Notes under the pieces: generated by a model | What the model was told of the DNA's origin: nothing | What the model saw: the letters and a program-made list of their open reading frames with translations, nothing else | Database searches by the model: none | Shown here: positions 58,424-64,000 of the stretch, piece after piece | Layout of the letters: every line of letters begins with the position of its first letter | Numbering within the stretch: position 1 is the first letter of the stretch | Assembly (NCBI GenBank): GCA_004431415.1 | Contig: QPMI01000572.1 | Location: 356,191 to 420,190, forward strand | Length of the DNA: 64,000 bases | Source: Cyanophora paradoxa CCMP329 | Lineage: Eukaryota; Plantae; Glaucophyta | Direction: 5' to 3' | Made by a program: the position numbers and the translations under genes

Positions 58424-61400
58424 CTAAACGGAGAGGAGCTGCTCGCCGGCCTCGTCGAGATCCTCGCCGGGGGCGAAGACGCCCCGCCGCCTCGCCGCGG
58501 CGCCTGCGGGGAACCGAACGTTAAACGTTAACCCGGGGTCAGCCTCCAAGCTGAACGGGGGCTGGCGCGGGCGGGCGGCGCACCGGGCCCGAAGCCAAGG
58601 GAGGCGAGGGCGTCCTGCACGGCGACAGCGATGCTCGAGCGCCGCCGCGAGCGCCGCCGCGCCGCCGCCGCCGCCGCCGCCTCCTCCGCCGCCCGCCGCT
58701 CCTCCGCCTCGTCCCCGACGAGGCGGCGTACCCCAGCGCCACCGCCGACGAGCCGCGCCGCGACCGCGACGCGGCGGCCGGCGTCGGCGTGTGCGCCCGG
58801 CGCTGCGCCCGGCGCGCCTCCGGGGAAATCTCTATCCCTGTCTCCGAGGGGCGCCGCACGGCGAGCCCCATGGCCAGCTGCGGCGGCCGGCCGCCCACGA
58901 TGTCCGAGCCGCGGCGGAGGGCGGAGAGGGGGCGCGAGGGGCCGGGCAGCTGGGTGGAGAGCGAGTTGGCGAGGCCATCCCGCCCGCCCTCGCTGCGGTC
59001 TGAGGGGGGCCGTGTCGGGCGGTCGCGGCCGCGTCCAGCTAGCAGCAGGCCCGAGGCGGGGGGTGAGAGCCAGGCGGTGCCGGGGGAGGTGACGGCCGCG
59101 CCGAAGGGCCGGGACGGGCGGCTCCGCTCGGAGCCGCCCCCCGAGAGCGAGTTCGACTGCGGCGGGGAGTTGCAGGGCGACGGCCGGTTGGAGGCCTGCT
59201 GGTGGGGCGACACGATGGCGCGCCAGTGCGCGAGGTTCGCCTGGGCGCGCTGCGGGCGGGCGGGCTCGAACACGAGCGCGGGAGGGGGTCGTGTGGCGGA
59301 CCTCGACGAGGGGGTGGGCGACGGGGAAGCGCGAGGCCCACGCCTGGAAGAGGGGTACGGCGATGAAGGACAAAAACCCCGCCTGAGAGGCCAGGGCGGC
59401 GGACGGTCAGCGCGCGCCGCGCGCTATAGCCAGGGGGCGGGCGAGGGCGGGCGGGGGCGGACGGTGGTGGCGGCGGGGGAGCCGGCGGTGCGGTCGCAGA
59501 ACTGGCTGACGGGGAGCCCGATGCGCCGCTCCTCGTCACCCTGCCTGTAGAACTCCTCCGTCACCCGCGCGCTCCACTCCGCCTGCTCCGCCCCGCGAGA
59601 CTGCGTCAGCCGAGTTCCGCGGCTGGCGGGCGGGGCGGCGGGGGCGCACGGCCTGCGGGAGCGGGCGGGCGGCGTTGCTGATGTCCGCCACCTGCCGCAA
59701 GCGCGCGCGCGCGCGAGAGTCAGCGGCAGGAAAGGAGAGTGCGAGATTTAGAGCCATGGTGCGGTACCTTGAGAGCCATCACGAGGAAGAGGGTGCGGTC
59801 CTCCGGCGCGAAGGGGCCCTCTGGCTCCCGCTCCCGAGGGCCCGGAGACCAGAGGCCGCACTCCTCCCCGTCCCGCTCCCCGCTCAGCGGCGACGCGAAG
59901 GGCACGCCGGTGCTGCCGCGCAGGCTCCCGTCCCTGCCCCCCCCGGCCCGCGCGTGAGCGCAGAGCTGTATGCGCTGCGCTGCGTCGGCGCACGGATGCT
60001 GCCTGCGGGAGGGGCGCGCGCTGGCGACGCCGCTGGCAGCCGTGCTCCGGGCCCCCGCCAGGGAGTTTGCCAGCACCCGCGCCTGTCCGACCGGTACAGG
60101 TACTCGCGGTCAGCGCCGCCGCATGTGCTCTCGCGAGCGAGCGAGCGAGCGAGCGAGCGGGCGCGGCGTCCGCACCTTGAACTCGCCGACTCTCTGTTAT
60201 CGATCGCGATCGCGAAAAGCGCGCGCGCGCAGTCAGACAGAGGCGGATGGGCGCAGGCGGCTTCGAATTCGTCGGCGCCGGCGCGGCCGGACCTTGAAGT
60301 GCTTGGCCATGTCCGTGGCGAGGACCATGTCGATCACGAGCCGCCGGAACTCCATCCGCTGCCCCGCGCCGCGCGCGTCGGTTGGCGTTAGCAAGGACGG
60401 AATCTGTATTTTGCAGCGTTTCGCAGCAGAGCGGGGCCGGCGCACGCGCTCGCGGCCGAGGTGGGATAGGAAATTCTTTTCGGCGTCGCGCAGCAGCGAG
60501 AATGACCACGTCAGCGAGTTGTTCTCCAGCACGCTGCGCCCCGCCCCTCAGCTTGGCTGCCGGAACGCTGTGGCGCGGGCGGCGCGCCTGCGGTCGTTGT
60601 AGAGGAGCGCGAGCTCGCTCTCCGTCGCGATCTCGAAGCCGCTGTGTGCGGGGGCGACGCGTACGGTCAGACGTCGGATGCGGAATCGGGGGGCGGCGGC
60701 GGCGCAATCGCAATATCAATCTTCAGCGAGCGGCGCTAAGTGGAGGCCTAGGGCCGGATCCGGAGGCGGCCGCACTTGTTCTTTCCCCCGTGGCCGACGT
60801 CGTGCACGATGGCCGACACCTGAGCCGGAGAGTGAGGCCGGGAAATTTATTTACATTCTCATTTTGCACATTCTGGAGGGGGGGTACGTATACGGTACCA
60901 GGGCGGCGAGCAGGTCGGTGGGGGAAATGCGCTCGTGGATGCCCCCGCTCTCGATCACGAAATGGAGGGCCTATACTCGAGCGCGTGAGGGCGGGGGCCG
61001 GCCGCGGCGCGGGGCGGGGCGCCCGCTCACCTGAAGGACGTCGGCGGCGTGCGTCGCCGTGTGGTACGGCTGGCGCCGGGCCGGCGTCAGCGGCGGACGG
61101 CCCTTATCTGGGAGAAACGAGGGCGGGCGGGGCGGACCACTTTCTGGTAGCCGGCCTCGACGGCGGAGACGAAGGCGCGGAACTTGGCCGCCTCCACCTG
61201 CGCCCGCCCGGGCGCTCGCAACGGGCCGCGGCGCGCGCGGGCGGGGCGGGGCGGGGCGGGGCGTACCCCCGAGGCCTCGAAGACGCGGTGCTTCTCCGCC
61301 AGGTGCATGCTGCGCGAGAGCGCCCCCGGTGGGCGGGGCCGGGCGGGGGGCGAGCCGGAGCCGCGCGGCGGCGGGAGGGGCGCACGCGAGGAGCTCGAGG

Positions 61401-64000
61401 GGCCGGCCCCCCGCCGCCTGCTCCAGCTGCGCACAGAGGTCGCTCAGCCCCGCACTAGATGAAGAAGGAGTCGTGGAGGGAATCGAACTCGAACCTTGAA
61501 GACGTCGAAGGCGTCCCAGGAGGGGAGGCAGGCGGAGGCGAGGGCGCCGCGCGCCGCGTCGGTCGCCAGGTCCAGCACGGTTCGGGCCGGCGCGCCGGTG
61601 CCGAGGCCCAGGGCGCCGGCCGCCACGGACGAGGAGCGGGAGCGGGCGCGCCCCAGCGAGGGGTTCCTCCCCCGCTTGTACGAGATCGAGCGGAACTGCA
61701 TCCGCGGCGGCGCCGCGCCCTGAAGCGTCGAGCGCGATCAAAACTCGATCGCGAATCTCAGGTTCGGGTTCGAATCTGGGCGGACCAGGGCGTTCATCCA
61801 GTCCTGGAAGGATCGCACAATCTCGTCGCTCTCCCCGCTCGCCTCCGCCGCCTCCATCGCCCCCTGCGCGGAGAGGCCTGAGCGCCGCGTCGGGGCACTG
61901 GAGGCCCGGGCCGGCCCGCCGCACTTCCGGCGAGTCTTCAGCCACGCCGCCCGCCTTCTTTGCGAAAGTGAGGAGGTGCCTGCCCGTGAAGGGGTCGGGA
62001 GTAAGATTGGATGGGATGGCCTGGGGGGCTGAGAGCGGGCGCGTGCACCGCAGGGCCGCGGCTGCGCCGGTCGCGTGGACGATGCTGGCCTCTGCGGGAG
62101 AGTCCCTCATTGTCAGCGGGGCCGGCAGAGGGGCAATGGCCAGTCAGAGGGGTGGGGCCGGGCGGGGCGGACCGGCGACGAGGGCGTCGAGGAGGTCGGC
62201 GAGGACGGCGATGGCGGAGGCGACCGGCGAAGCGAGCTCCATCTCCGCCGACAGGAACCGGAACGACTGTGCGCGCCCCGGCCTCAGGGCGCGGGATCGG
62301 GCGCAGGCGCCGGCTCGGGCGGGGAAACGACCTCGATGTCCTCAAAGAGGGGGGCGTACTCGTCGCAGAATATCTCCGTTTCCGCCGGCGCGTCCCCACT
62401 CCGTATGAAATGCTGCAACGTCGATTCGAAAATTGGAGGTTCGCATACATGCATGTTTTACGGATTTCCGTTTCTACTCACCTCGCGGGCTTCTGTTTCG
62501 CTGCGTGATGCGGAGGCGGCGCCGGCCAAAGCGCTCGCGAGGCAGCCGGGGAGGGCGAGGCCTTCGCGAGCAAGAATATTAATCGAGACGGCGTCAGCCG
62601 CTGATTACGAGGAGCAGGTGTCTCAGAGGCCCAGGGGCCAGAGTGGGCGCACCGATCTCCCACGCGCGGAGCGGCTCCGAGCCGCTCTGCAGGGGCGCGG
62701 GCGGGCCCGGGTCAGCACGTCTGAGCTCGAGGGCGCTCGGAGAGTGCGCACGAGGGCGAGGGCGAGGGCGGCGCCGAGGGCCACTCCGACGCTGTTGACC
62801 GCCAGCACCTGCGCCCCAAACCCCGCCGCCTCGCACGGCGTCGCGAGCTAGTTCGAGCTCGGGGCGGGGCGCGGGGCGGGCCTGGAGGCAGCGGAGGCGG
62901 ACGAGGGAGGAGGAGAGGAGCGAGCCGGCCGCCACCGCCACCAGCAGGCACGACGGCATCGCCAGCGCCTGCCGCCCCGCCCCCCGCCCCCGTCGGCCCC
63001 GCCCCACCCGCCCCCGCCGGCCGGCTCCGGCCCGCGGCCGGGGCGCACCCAGGAGACGCAGAAGGCGGCGGCGTAGAGCGTGGGGATGGCTGCGCAGGCG
63101 ACCGCCTGCGCCCGCCGGCGCTCAGCGGGCGGGCGGGCGGGCGGGGCGGGGCGGCGCGCCTGCCAGTGGCGGCGGAGGGGCGCCTCCTCGCGGCGCGGAG
63201 GAGGGCGAGGGCGAGGGCCCGCACGCCGCCGCCGCCGCCGCGAGGCCCCGCCGAGCGCCGCCAGGCGCTCCGCGGGAGGGGCCCCCGCCGGGCCCAGCGC
63301 GAGGGGGGCCCGCCAGAGCGCGATCGCCAGCAGCGCCGCTGGCGCAGGCGTCAGCGCCGTCGAGACGAGGCAACGGGGGGAACAGTCTCCATGGCCATCC
63401 TTTTATTCAGACTTCCGGACGCACCGGCGGCGATGAGGGGCACGGCGGCGTACGCGAGCGTGGCCCTGCGAGCGTCTCGTGGTCAGACGGGAATTTCGCA
63501 CTGCCTGTGGCGGCCATGGCCAGGGCGCCGGCGGGGCGCGCGGACCGGGCGTGGGCGACGCGGGCGCGGCTCCAGTGGGCGAGGAAGGCGCGCTCGACGG
63601 CGGCGTTCGAGAAGCGGCGCGGCAGGAACGGCGCGGGGCTCGGTTCCGCGGCGGCCCGGGCCCGTGGGGGGGGGGACGGCGCGGCGCCGGGGCTGGCGCT
63701 CCTGGGACCGGCCTCCGGACAAGTCCGCGGGGATGCATCCTGTTTCTCCTGCTCCTTCTCCTGCTCCTCCTCTTGAAAGGGAGCGGAGGCTATGGGGTCG
63801 GGCGGGGCGGCATCCAATTGCAGGGCGGGGGGCTTGGGGCTCGGGGGACCCGGCGGCTCGCGATCGCCGGATCCGGACTCGATCGCATGCACCCGGTTCA
63901 AGGGCAGCGGGGAGAGCGGGCGGAAGCTCAGGCGCGGCCGCGGGGAGGCTTGGAGGAGACTCTGGAGCGGGGAGGGAGGGCCGGCGAGGCGAGCGTTCTG
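58424..64000 (-). CDS. Class I cyclic-nucleotide phosphodiesterase with N-terminal transmembrane region; multi-exon, 5' end beyond the window
   Basis: Exons give [114 protein letters not shown] and GFLSFIAVPLF. Hydrophobic exons at 62.7-63.6 kb. Stop TAG at 58424. Confidence 0.93.

Noticed and set aside
1-64000. Hundreds of long Arg/Gly/Pro/Ala-rich ORFs in the six-frame track
   Set aside because: They are expected from very high GC content. Most are antisense or off-frame to recognisable spliced genes, or read through introns.

Overview
This is eukaryotic nuclear DNA from a very GC-rich, intron-dense organism, probably an alga or protist (species not identifiable here). Introns are short (about 55-130 nt), C-rich, carry a CTGAC/CTGAG branch motif, and often use GC donors. 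Most ORF-track entries are exon fragments or GC-driven spurious frames, so I rebuilt gene models by hand; internal exon boundaries are approximate. Genes in order: (1) a partial putative secreted protein (-); (2) a large secreted WD40-propeller plus Cys/Trp-module protein (-) whose middle is a ~2.35 kb exon-bearing tandem triplication; (3) a Kelch + Sec7 ARF-GEF (+); (4) a two-repeat MYB factor (-); (5) a soluble-adenylyl-cyclase-like/STAND protein (-); (6) a full-size ABCG/PDR transporter (-); (7) a PKD-domain TRP/FLC-like membrane protein (-); (8) a 5'-partial membrane class I phosphodiesterase (-) with unusual active-site substitutions. Intergenic DNA holds a poly(A)-tailed retroposed insertion with a 7-bp target-site duplication (TSD). 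It also holds two related ~1.7 kb elements with Helitron2/Helentron-like ends, each carrying a homologous small zinc-finger ORF. Differences between near-identical repeat copies point to an active palindrome-generating mutational process. No rRNA, tRNA or CRISPR array was seen.
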